DNA of 64,000 nt. It comes from a virus. A program made the translations under genes and the position numbers. Numbering within the stretch: position 1 is the first letter of the stretch; each line of letters starts with the position of its first letter. A model generated the notes under the pieces. It saw nothing but the letters and a program-made list of their open reading frames with translations, did not search any database and was not told the DNA's origin. The stretch lies in IMG/VR virus record IMGVR_UViG_3300008259_000147, positions 14,656-78,655 of that record; one strand, 5' to 3'. Positions 1 through 9,948 of the stretch are shown here, one piece after another.

Positions 1-3000
1 TAAAATTATCTAAAGTATTTCCTTCTACACCTGATTCAACATCATTAAACTCTATCGTAATATTACTATGATCAATTTCAAATTTATTGATTTTGTTTTT
101 AGATGGTTTTAATACTCCAAACTTTTCAAATGCTGTTTTATTAGCATTTACTAATGATAGAGTTTTGTTATTTAAGAATACAGAGAATCCCATTCTAAAT
201 GAAATACTTCTAGAATAACTAGGGTCATCATTCAAGCTATATTCTTTAATGGCAGATGCAATTAAATCTACAGAGTTAATTAATCTAGCAAACTGAGAAG
301 GATATCCATAAATGTATAACGCACCTACAACACCTGCATTAATTTTAGAAATTTTTAATGGTGCTAAACTTTGATGCTTAGCGTCATCTAATGAAACATC
401 TGTTGCACCTCCCATCTTTTGAACAGACTCATCTATAGGCTTATTAGTTTCAATAGCCTTACCATTATGTACAAACTTAAATGTAAAAGCTTTTGAGAGT
501 TTTACATTTGATGATCCAATTAAAGCTGCTGATTTTACTTGATTTGCATTAGCTGAAACTGAATCTAGTGTTCCATTATTAACAGATCTAATTCGACCTA
601 CTGTTTGAAACTGGTATGGATCAGATTTATCAATTCCTTTAAAATCTGAAATAGAATCAACTATTTTTCTATCTGCTTTGTATTCATTAATTGCTTTTTC
701 ACCATCTGCATTTTTTATGTAAGTTTCATATACATCAGGGTTTCCTAATAACTCCATCTTCTCTAGTAAGATTTCATTATGCAATCTTGAGTGAACAGGA
801 TTACCTTCTTTTTTAGTAAATGCCTCAAGTGCATCAGGTGTAGATGGTAGATTATAGTTGTTTATTACATTAACAACTGCAATCAATCTATCCATCAACT
901 TAAGGATATTACCTAAACTCTTGTTAGATGATACAACATTAGCACCCATTAACTGACCTAAAGACTCTAGGCCTGTTCCTTTCTTTTTGTTCTTATCATT
1001 TGTAGTTTGAATAGATAATGTTACACTCTTTCCTTTTGATAATTCTTTAAATACATCAGGAGATAATAAGTTTAACACATAGTCTTCAGTACCAGAAAAG
1101 AATTCGCGGACTTCATCTCCAAATAATCCAACAGCATTTGCTAATGATCTAGTTTTAAATTCTTGATCAGAATTAATTCTGTCTTGCTCGCTATCTACAA
1201 GATCTGCAAAAACAGGATCAGTTGCCATGTAATGTAAATACTCAAGAAACTCAGCATTCTTTTTACTAAGTCCTAGTTTAGTATATCCACTATAGTCCCC
1301 ATACTTAACTAACTTACCTAATGTATTTCTATAATAATCATATGTCTCTGCATACAATGCATCAATATCTAAGTCAGATCCAGCCCAGAAGTGAACTTGA
1401 GAAGGTACTATGATAGAGTTACCATAAGTAGCATCTATATAGTCAACTACTTTAGCTCTAACCATAGATCTTTTATCAGCTGTTGGAATACGAGCTGCTA
1501 AGAAATCAGTGTAAAGTTTTTCAAAAAATTCTACTTCTTCTTTTGTAGAAGCTAATTCACGAGGAATAATTACTTCTACTACATAATCTATTAGCTTACC
1601 ATTCTCATCATATGTTTCTTTTACAGTAGGGTATCTTCTTTTATATCCTGCATATCGTTCAGGATTTGCATCTAATTCTTTTCTAGGAACAGGCTTATCA
1701 TTTTCATCTACAATTAATTGATAACCTGCCACTGAAACATGGTAGAACTTTTTACCTGCTACTTTAGGACCAAATATTGAATTGTTAAATAAACTGAAAA
1801 AATAAAACATTGGTTGTTTACCTAAAATAGATAAATTCAAATTAAATTTATTTTTATTGTTGGTATCCAGTGAGTAAAACTTTAATAAGTTTTCTCCAGC
1901 ACCTTGTTTCATTAACCCAGCTTGAATTGCTTTAGTAACTAAAGTCTTAGGGTCATCAGTTTTAAATACTCTTTCTAATAACTGTAATCTTGATTTTACA
2001 ATTTCTAATTGCAAATCAAGTATCTTTTTAGCACCTGGAAACTTCTTATGATCTAACTGAGCAGGTAATATCAGTTTCTTCTGAATACTATCTGTTGTTT
2101 TTTTAGAAATACCTGCAGTAGAAACTTGCTCATATACTAAATCATTTGGTATAGCATGAGCATTATATTCTAAGTTAATGTAACCATCTTTATTAATTAC
2201 AGGTTTAACACTATCATTAAATGTCATCTCACCATGCCCTTCTAGAATATTATTTTCTAATAGGTTCATGTTAATGATTAATGGTTGTACAGTTCCTTTT
2301 TTAGATACAGTGTCATCAAATGCTACATCTACTCTAAAGTATTCAAGAGCATTTAATAAGTGATGATTAAAAGCTCTACCTAATTTTGGTTTAAAATAGC
2401 TATGGATTTCTTTAATGATTTCTCTATGTCTAGCTAATGCATCATCAGTGTATGTAGGATTGTCCATCTCTAATGCATCTAATTCCTCATATAATTCTGC
2501 AACACGATCTGGATCTGATACAAAGCTATTATCACTTCTATTAATGTAATGCTCTGAATCTTTATAATAAAAGTAAGGGTGTCCCACGGCTGGTTTATCA
2601 GAACCTAAAAATATACCATTGTCATTAAGCTGTATAATTTCATCAGTACTTAATGTAGTGTATCTTAGCTTTTTAAGCATTGCTTCTAATTCAGGCGAAA
2701 GAATACCATCTTTTCTAAACTTTTTAATTCTTCTATCTATTCCACTCCAACCTTGACCATCTGCTATTTTCATTTCTCTATCTCCACCCATTTCTTCATC
2801 AGTGGTAAGAGGTATTCCTGGATTATTAGAATCTAAAAATGCAGAAAGACCTTTGAATACTGCAAATACACTATTGTCATTGGCTTCTAGAATATTAATA
2901 TTTCTATAGTTGTTACCTGCAATTACACCTGACTTTTGACGCTTAAAGAAGTTTATAACATTGTCAACACCAACAGCTAAATCCCCATCAAAAAGTTGGT

Positions 3001-6000
3001 TCATTTCTAAAGAGTTAAACCAAAAGTTATATCCAAAGTCTTCTATAAAAAGATCTTTTAAAGGAGCTGTTTTATCTTGACTGTAATAAAATTTTTCTTC
3101 TATTTCTCCACTCTCTTTTCTTTCAACTACCTTATCATATTTAGCTAAAGAAGTGAATTCACCATTTACTCTAAATCCACTAGGAATATCATCTAATTGA
3201 ATATCAATTGATTTAAAATATTGTGCAAGCTCTGCTATTTGATCTTCAGCATAGTCAAATAATAATTCAGATAAAACCTCATCTACTGTATAGTCATAAG
3301 GATTATTATTAGCATCATAATATGTTTGTGATAAGATGTCTTCAAATGCTGTACCTGCAATTGCTGCATTTTTTAATATGCTATGGATATTACTTAAGCT
3401 GTCATTTTCTTCTCCAGCATAAGAAACTTCATAATCTCTTTCAAAAAATCCTTTTAATCTATTAAAGTTGTAAGCTCTTAATGTAAGATCTGATGATGTA
3501 ACATTACGATCTTTAGTTGTTCTGCAATTATAATTTTCATATCTTATTTTAACTGCATCTCTTGTAGACCACTCATTAGCAATTCTATTATACTCTTGTT
3601 TAATGATTTGTTTTAATTTACTCTTAACTTTTCTTGCACGAGTTTTCTTATTAGTATAATCATCATACAAACTAGTCATGTTAAACTGAGTACTAGTTGC
3701 TTCTAACTGAGTAATAGGTTTTTCAAACATGATAATCTCTTGACCATAATTACCTGTTACAGAAAATCTATTAGCAAATAAACCTAATACACTTAATGCA
3801 TACCCTTTATCACCTAAAGCTTTGTAAGTACTTTGTCTTCTATTGCCTTTACCAAACTCTTGGAACATCCCCCCAGCAACACTAATGTCAAAATTCTCAA
3901 AGAAGATACGAGCTGTATCTTGATCTATTGCAAATTGACTTTTATCATTTGGATTAAATGTAGTATTATTTATTATGGCAGCTAATGTTGGATTGTCTTC
4001 AAAGAATTTAGTATCACCATAATACTTTAGTAAAGTAGCTGCTAGGCCTTTCCATCTAACTTCATTTAAAATTTGTACAGAAGGAACATAAGGAATAGAT
4101 TGATTAATAGGTTTGTTATCCTGATTTAAAATAGTATTGCTGACTAATGAAGGATCATACTTGATAGCAAAAGGAACAATACTTTCATACTCAGACATAA
4201 AACTATTAACTGCACTAGTTTTAATAGCATCTGTTTTATTAAGAGAATTTAATATTGTGTTATACTTATCTATGAAATCCTGAATATTAAAATAATTTCC
4301 AGCATTTAAAAACTTTTTATTTTGAGCAAGTATAGGATCAACAAAAGTAGCTTTTTCTTTATAGTTCTCTTTAACAGAAGCAGCTACTGCAAACTCAATT
4401 ACATTTCTAGGTATGTTTAGATTAGCATAAGATGTAATTGTATATAACCTGTTTACAGTATAATCAAATGTTTCTTGATTAGTTGGTATAACATAATTAT
4501 AGTTTTGAACTAAACTTTTAAGTTTTGCATATACTGGTAAATTAGATTCTAATTTAAATGATTCAAGTCCAATTTCTAAATTAGTTCTAAGCTTATCTAA
4601 TACTACTTTAGTGTTATATCGCTGTATTAAACTATTAACTCTAAAACTATTTTTAACAGGAGACCTGTCAAAATTTTCTCTTTCATCTGTAGATACTTCT
4701 TCATAATTAGTATTTATACTAATAGCAGATATGTTTTTGTTTGCTCTATAAAACACATTAACAAACATGTTATAGAAAGGCATACCCAAAGATCTAGTTG
4801 GTAAAAAGTTATGCAATGATGCTTGTTCATCTAGTGTTTCATATACAGCCTTTAGAGTGTTATAATCATCAATTGTTTGAATCATGTCTTCACGGATGTA
4901 GCCTAATTCACTAGCTAATCCTGATTCATTGAAGTTATCAATATTACTTTTTAAATATTGGATATGAGTGTAGATAGCTTCAATTATATTCTCTTTTGGA
5001 GTATTATAAGTAATCTTTCTTATTTGATTAATTACATCACGGCTATTTACCATTTTATCAAATGCCACTCCTAGTCTTTCATCAACAAAAGTATACTTGA
5101 TATACTTGATTAACTTTTGAAATTCAATACTTCCCTCATATGGCTTATAAGTAAGAATACCTCCATCCTCAAAATTCTCTCCCATTTCATCCTCATCACT
5201 CCTATCAAAATATGAATCATCTTCATTTTCATCAGACTCATCTCTTTCTGTTTGATCTTCTTCAGATGTTTTATCTTTAATAACTCCTACACTTCCAAAT
5301 GATTTTTGCACTAGCTGTTTAACTTCTTCATATGTCTTATATGAAAAAGCATTAGAGCCATCTATATCTAAGAATGAATAACCATTAAGATCTAAATCAT
5401 CAGTTAGGTTGTCTAATATAAAGTCTTCATTAACATCTGTTCTATGTGCAGCTCCCATCATGAATCTCATGTTTCTAAACATGGGCTCATATGTAGCAAT
5501 TATTTCAGCAGAGTTTGGATTATCATCTGTAATAAAGTTGTTGATGTTAAAATAGTTGATTAAATCTCTAGTTATTTCATCATATACTTGATTAAAACTT
5601 TCCTGATTTCCTTTGACAATGTCACCAGATCTTTTAAGCATCTCTCTAGTAATTCTGTCAACTAACTGATCTGTAGTATAGTTGTCAACTTGCTTATAAT
5701 CCATTTGAACATTGTCCCCAACTTTGATAAGCGAAGTAGGGATACTAGATAACGCATAAGCCCTAGGTGCAGCATACTTATCACCAATTACATCAGCATA
5801 TTCTCCTTTATCAATCTTACCATATAAGTCATTAATTGAATTTTTAGCATCTCTGTATCCACGGCTCTTAAATAAATTAATAAAACCATCTAATAAAGAA
5901 TAAAGCATTTTAATTAATGCATTCTTAGGTTCTGACTTATTTAATTTATAATCTCTAAATCCATCTGCTAAATATTCTTCATAGATATAATCTACAATGA

Positions 6001-9000
6001 TGTTATCTTCAACTCCTGCAAAATTTCTTTTCTTTCTAAATTCATCCAAGTATACTTTTTCAGAACCAACTTGAAGATACTTACCAATAGAATCTGTTTT
6101 ATAACTACCTAAGATAGTTTTAGCTGCTTCTAAGTATCTAAGTCTTTCTTCAGTTGTCAATGCTAATCTGAATACAGCATGAAATGCTTCATGATATATA
6201 ACTCCACTTATAGGAAGAAGTTTGTTTAATGTGATTACATTATCTTCAATATAACCTAAAACAAAAGCAGACTCAACTTTATCAGCAATTATAGTAGGAT
6301 CAATCTTAACAGATGATCCTAACATTCTTTTTACATCATCAATTTGTTTTTGAATTTCTTTACTTGCAACAAATGATAAACCATTTAAAGAAGTAACTAA
6401 ACTATTAGCTCTATCAGATCTATCAGGTCTAATGCCTATCTTTCTAATAGAAGCTGGTTTTTTTTCTTCAGTCTTAACAGGAGTAGCTACTGTAGTTGTT
6501 TTAACTGTTGCAGCAGTTCCTAATGAAGGTTTTGCTGGTGTAATAATAAGCTCTCTTAAACTATTCTCTAAGTTATGCTCAAACACTTTATAGTTTAATA
6601 AAGGATTTGTAGATTTTTGTCTAGATGCTAATTTAAATTCTAAAGTATTAAGATTTCTAAATAACAAATACTTAATGTCCTTAGGATTTACTAAAGTTTT
6701 ATTTTCTGGGTTTTTATCAGCCTTCTTAGATTCTTTTTCTATAAGGTTGTTTAAACTTGTATTTAGATTACTAATAGTGTTTTTAAATTCATTTTCAATC
6801 TCTGCTAGTACTTTCTTAGCAGTAGGAGTTAACAAATGTTTATTGTCTTCTATTTTAGCCTGAAGAATGTTTCCAAATCTCAACATGTTTTCTACAGAAG
6901 AAGAATATTCTTTAGGATTAATATTCAACTCTCTGTAAAGAATGTTTAATTGCTTTTGTATATCATAGTAATCAAAACTAAATTCAATAGACAAATTAGC
7001 TTTGTTAAGATTTTCTGCATATGCATAATCACCCGATGCTCTAAATCTAACACCAAACACAGGCTCATCATTCCAAATTCTTAAGAAATCAATATTTGCA
7101 GAAATACCTTTGTATGCATTAAAACCCCATCCTCTATTATTAAAAGTTCTAATCAACTGATTTAAAGCATCCGCAGTTTCTTCTGAAAACTCTGGCCTAA
7201 AAGTTTGCAATGCACCTAATGTAGATAAAAAGTTTACAACCTCTGATACTTCTGTAACAGGAGCAGCTCTATACATTGGCTTTAGAATCCACTCATTATT
7301 CTTAGTCCTTAATAAATAAAAATCATTGTATTTAGAGTTAACTGTATTCTTTAAAAGATCTGCAATTTTAGATTTAGATAAATTTTCCTTTTCAAATACT
7401 TTCTCATAAGAAAGTTCTTCATTGTTTTCATCAATGATTGTGTATCCTTGTTCAATTGAAGGTTCAAAAATAAATCCTAGTAGTGCATCCTTTTTAACAA
7501 TACCAATGATGTTTTCTTCTCTTATGCTACTAGGTATAGCTTTCCCAGCAGACATTTGAGCTATTCTTACTGGTACTAAAGAATTAGTTGCCACTAAGTT
7601 TTCTTTAAACTTATCTAAAGTCTGAACAGGTTTGTATAAACCATTTTGTTCTTTTACAAAATCTGTAGAAGAAAATACATTAGATATGTCAAAGTATTTA
7701 GAAAACATTTGATGAGGAATTTGTAAAACAGTATCTTCATCCATCATTTCTAAGATTTCAGATTTCATTTCTTTTATCTTAGCTACAATGTTTTTTATAT
7801 TTTCTATTTCTGCATCTGTAGGCATTTCATAAGTATATGCTTGAGCAGGGTTTTCATCAGGACCTTTTTGTACGTATTCTTCATATTTTTTAATACGTGT
7901 TGCTTCTTTGAAAATCTTTAAATCTTCATTGTTTGTCCAATCAATAAATCTAATTGTGCCATCAGGATAAACAAATCCTAAAGTATCTAATGACATTAGG
8001 TAATCCCAGTTCTGATCATCCTTAGAAGATATGATTATATCTAAACCAGCTCTTGGCATTAGGTTAGTTACAACAGGAGCTGCATTAGGGTTTGAAGCTA
8101 AGTAACTAAATTGAGTAGGTGTTAATCCAGTTTCAAAATCAATAGGATAACCTTGCTCATTTAATAAAGCAACTCTAGCTCTATTTGCTAAAATTCTTCT
8201 TCTATCAGCAATGATTTTAATTTGATTTGCTAGACCTACACCTAATGATAAACTATCTGATATTTTTTGATTACCTGTTCTATTATCTGAAGGAGTTTCT
8301 GATTGGATGCCTTGTTCATAAATTCTAACATCTTCAAACCCAACTCCATTTTTAGCAAGGTTTGCATTCAATCTATATTGACTTCCTGAAGAGTTTGTAA
8401 TTTCTAAATTATCTTGACCATACACAGGAGTAATATAATCAGTTGGCTCTACAGTGTATAATGTTAATTCACTTTCATTTTCTCCAGTATACTCAGGGCT
8501 ATAAACAAAGTATTGATCATTCTTGAATACAAGAAGTTTTATCTGACCATCTTTCTTTCTAACATATTGCATTTCTCCAAGTGAAGGAATGGCTCTAACA
8601 TTAATTAGTTTTGATGCACTTTCTTCTATTTCAGATAACTCAGCTTTCTTCTGATCAATTAATGCTCTTAATGAAGTAGCAGAAGTATTCTTTACTTTAG
8701 ATATAGCTTCTAAAAACTTATTGTATGCATTAATCTTAGCAGAGTTATCATACAATGCATCTTTATTTATAACATCTTCAAACTCTGCAAACAAATCATT
8801 TAATGTAGCATCAGATGCTTTTGTAAGCTTTGTAAAAATGTTATTTAATTTCTGAGCAGTTGTTAAAGGTTTTTTTGTTTCTTCTTTCTTAGCTGTAGTA
8901 CCTGTACCTAAAAATCCTCTCTCTTGCCACAATCTGTCATCTCTTTCTTGTTCTCTTAAGTCTTCTAGTCTTTCTCTTTTAGGACCAGCTGCAGAAAGAT

Positions 9001-9937
9001 CTGTCAATGCTGCTTCTTTAAGTTCATTATTTACTTTTGATATTTCGCCTGCTGTAGTAAGTTTTTCTCCTTTTACTTCAGGCTTACCTTCTGCAGCTAG
9101 TTCTGAAAAATATTTATTGGTAAAAATAACTTTAGATTGATCTATTTCTGCTATTATTTTATCAATGCTAGATTTCCAAGATTGTAAAATTTCAGGATTA
9201 TCTCCTCTTTCAGTAGTTCTTTTTATAAAAGTTTCTTTACTTGTAGTAATTATTTTATCAAAATCATTTAAATTTTCTTTTAAAAATAACATATCGGAAA
9301 CTACAAGCATTTTCCCACTTCTTTTAGATTCAGCAACAGCCTCTTTCCAAACTTCTCTCATAACAGCTTCAAATTCTGCTTTGTTTGAATCATTTCTCCA
9401 TTCATTTAATCCTTTACTGTTTTGTTTATTTGCAGGTAAACCTAATTTTTTTGCAACTTTGGGTTTAAAATCAGTATCAAAATCTAATACTCCAGTAGGA
9501 TTTTGTTCTTTAAAAGTAGTTTTTCCTAATCCTGGATGTCCCCAAATAATTTTATCAGTAGCTGACAGTTTAATTTCCCCACTTAAATCAGCTTCATCTG
9601 CTGCTACAGGTTCTGTAAGGATTGATTCAATACCTTTTAATAACTCTTTAAAGTCTGTAGATGTTTCATTTAATTTATCCTTTACTAAATCTGAGATTTT
9701 AATAGGCAATCCTTCTGTAACAATACCATTAGTTTCAGTGGCTGATTCTACATTTAAAGCATTGTTATATACTATACCCATAAACCAAATAGCATGGACC
9801 TTTGCCTCATCTTCAATAGGCATTGCCATAATACTTTTAATAGATTCCCTATAGTATCTATATTTTCCTCTATCATAGTTGATTGACTTTATGAATAATG
9901 TTTTAAGATTTTCGTAAGGAATTCTACAAATTTTCAT
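1..9937 (-). CDS. Giant virion-packaged RNA polymerase polyprotein (crAss-like, phi14:2 gp66 type), >3312 aa, C-terminus outside the window
   Basis: Manual translation from ATG at 9937 (MKICRIPYENLK...). The same frame carries Walker A GHPGLGKT (9518-9541), zincin HEAFH (6179-6193) and AARIPTADKRSM...GNSIIVPSQVHFWAGSDLDID (catalytic loop 1361-1381), and is still open at position 1. The ORF track lists no complete minus-strand ORF here, consistent with no internal stop. Confidence 0.9.
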   Translation of the reverse strand, partial: MKICRIPYENLKTLFIKSINYDRGKYRYYRESIKSIMAMPIEDEAKVHAIWFMGIVYNNALNVESATETNGIVTEGLPIKISDLVKDKLNETSTDFKELLKGIESILTEPVAADEADLSGEIKLSATDKIIWGHPGLGKTTFKEQNPTGVLDFDTDFKPKVAKKLGLPANKQNSKGLNEWRNDSNKAEFEAVMREVWKEAVAESKRSGKMLVVSDMLFLKENLNDFDKIITTSKETFIKRTTERGDNPEILQSWKSSIDKIIAEIDQSKVIFTNKYFSELAAEGKPEVKGEKLTTAGEISKVNNELKEAALTDLSAAGPKRERLEDLREQERDDRLWQERGFLGTGTTAKKEETKKPLTTAQKLNNIFTKLTKASDATLNDLFAEFEDVINKDALYDNSAKINAYNKFLEAISKVKNTSATSLRALIDQKKAELSEIEESASKLINVRAIPSLGEMQYVRKKDGQIKLLVFKNDQYFVYSPEYTGENESELTLYTVEPTDYITPVYGQDNLEITNSSGSQYRLNANLAKNGVGFEDVRIYEQGIQSETPSDNRTGNQKISDSLSLGVGLANQIKIIADRRRILANRARVALLNEQGYPIDFETGLTPTQFSYLASNPNAAPVVTNLMPRAGLDIIISSKDDQNWDYLMSLDTLGFVYPDGTIRFIDWTNNEDLKIFKEATRIKKYEEYVQKGPDENPAQAYTYEMPTDAEIENIKNIVAKIKEMKSEILEMMDEDTVLQIPHQMFSKYFDISNVFSSTDFVKEQNGLYKPVQTLDKFKENLVATNSLVPVRIAQMSAGKAIPSSIREENIIGIVKKDALLGFIFEPSIEQGYTIIDENNEELSYEKVFEKENLSKSKIADLLKNTVNSKYNDFYLLRTKNNEWILKPMYRAAPVTEVSEVVNFLSTLGALQTFRPEFSEETADALNQLIRTFNNRGWGFNAYKGISANIDFLRIWNDEPVFGVRFRASGDYAYAENLNKANLSIEFSFDYYDIQKQLNILYRELNINPKEYSSSVENMLRFGNILQAKIEDNKHLLTPTAKKVLAEIENEFKNTISNLNTSLNNLIEKESKKADKNPENKTLVNPKDIKYLLFRNLNTLEFKLASRQKSTNPLLNYKVFEHNLENSLRELIITPAKPSLGTAATVKTTTVATPVKTEEKKPASIRKIGIRPDRSDRANSLVTSLNGLSFVASKEIQKQIDDVKRMLGSSVKIDPTIIADKVESAFVLGYIEDNVITLNKLLPISGVIYHEAFHAVFRLALTTEERLRYLEAAKTILGSYKTDSIGKYLQVGSEKVYLDEFRKKRNFAGVEDNIIVDYIYEEYLADGFRDYKLNKSEPKNALIKMLYSLLDGFINLFKSRGYRDAKNSINDLYGKIDKGEYADVIGDKYAAPRAYALSSIPTSLIKVGDNVQMDYKQVDNYTTDQLVDRITREMLKRSGDIVKGNQESFNQVYDEITRDLINYFNINNFITDDNPNSAEIIATYEPMFRNMRFMMGAAHRTDVNEDFILDNLTDDLDLNGYSFLDIDGSNAFSYKTYEEVKQLVQKSFGSVGVIKDKTSEEDQTERDESDENEDDSYFDRSDEDEMGENFEDGGILTYKPYEGSIEFQKLIKYIKYTFVDERLGVAFDKMVNSRDVINQIRKITYNTPKENIIEAIYTHIQYLKSNIDNFNESGLASELGYIREDMIQTIDDYNTLKAVYETLDEQASLHNFLPTRSLGMPFYNMFVNVFYRANKNISAISINTNYEEVSTDERENFDRSPVKNSFRVNSLIQRYNTKVVLDKLRTNLEIGLESFKLESNLPVYAKLKSLVQNYNYVIPTNQETFDYTVNRLYTITSYANLNIPRNVIEFAVAASVKENYKEKATFVDPILAQNKKFLNAGNYFNIQDFIDKYNTILNSLNKTDAIKTSAVNSFMSEYESIVPFAIKYDPSLVSNTILNQDNKPINQSIPYVPSVQILNEVRWKGLAATLLKYYGDTKFFEDNPTLAAIINNTTFNPNDKSQFAIDQDTARIFFENFDISVAGGMFQEFGKGNRRQSTYKALGDKGYALSVLGLFANRFSVTGNYGQEIIMFEKPITQLEATSTQFNMTSLYDDYTNKKTRARKVKSKLKQIIKQEYNRIANEWSTRDAVKIRYENYNCRTTKDRNVTSSDLTLRAYNFNRLKGFFERDYEVSYAGEENDSLSNIHSILKNAAIAGTAFEDILSQTYYDANNNPYDYTVDEVLSELLFDYAEDQIAELAQYFKSIDIQLDDIPSGFRVNGEFTSLAKYDKVVERKESGEIEEKFYYSQDKTAPLKDLFIEDFGYNFWFNSLEMNQLFDGDLAVGVDNVINFFKRQKSGVIAGNNYRNINILEANDNSVFAVFKGLSAFLDSNNPGIPLTTDEEMGGDREMKIADGQGWSGIDRRIKKFRKDGILSPELEAMLKKLRYTTLSTDEIIQLNDNGIFLGSDKPAVGHPYFYYKDSEHYINRSDNSFVSDPDRVAELYEELDALEMDNPTYTDDALARHREIIKEIHSYFKPKLGRAFNHHLLNALEYFRVDVAFDDTVSKKGTVQPLIINMNLLENNILEGHGEMTFNDSVKPVINKDGYINLEYNAHAIPNDLVYEQVSTAGISKKTTDSIQKKLILPAQLDHKKFPGAKKILDLQLEIVKSRLQLLERVFKTDDPKTLVTKAIQAGLMKQGAGENLLKFYSLDTNNKNKFNLNLSILGKQPMFYFFSLFNNSIFGPKVAGKKFYHVSVAGYQLIVDENDKPVPRKELDANPERYAGYKRRYPTVKETYDENGKLIDYVVEVIIPRELASTKEEVEFFEKLYTDFLAARIPTADKRSMVRAKVVDYIDATYGNSIIVPSQVHFWAGSDLDIDALYAETYDYYRNTLGKLVKYGDYSGYTKLGLSKKNAEFLEYLHYMATDPVFADLVDSEQDRINSDQEFKTRSLANAVGLFGDEVREFFSGTEDYVLNLLSPDVFKELSKGKSVTLSIQTTNDKNKKKGTGLESLGQLMGANVVSSNKSLGNILKLMDRLIAVVNVINNYNLPSTPDALEAFTKKEGNPVHSRLHNEILLEKMELLGNPDVYETYIKNADGEKAINEYKADRKIVDSISDFKGIDKSDPYQFQTVGRIRSVNNGTLDSVSANANQVKSAALIGSSNVKLSKAFTFKFVHNGKAIETNKPIDESVQKMGGATDVSLDDAKHQSLAPLKISKINAGVVGALYIYGYPSQFARLINSVDLIASAIKEYSLNDDPSYSRSISFRMGFSVFLNNKTLSLVNANKTAFEKFGVLKPSKNKINKFEIDHSNITIEFNDVESGVEGNTLDNF

Positions 9938-9948
9938 AATTGTGTAAT

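Noticed and set aside
9165-9854. 229-aa plus-strand ORF and the other plus-strand ORFs (e.g. 6675, 33514, 53278, 62582)
   Set aside because: Antisense shadows of long minus-strand genes; Ser/Leu/Phe-rich with no motifs.
1-9937. Intron or intein in the vRNAP
   Set aside because: Start, Walker A, HEXXH and catalytic motifs are all in one frame and I saw no intein or homing-endonuclease signature, although I did not translate every codon.
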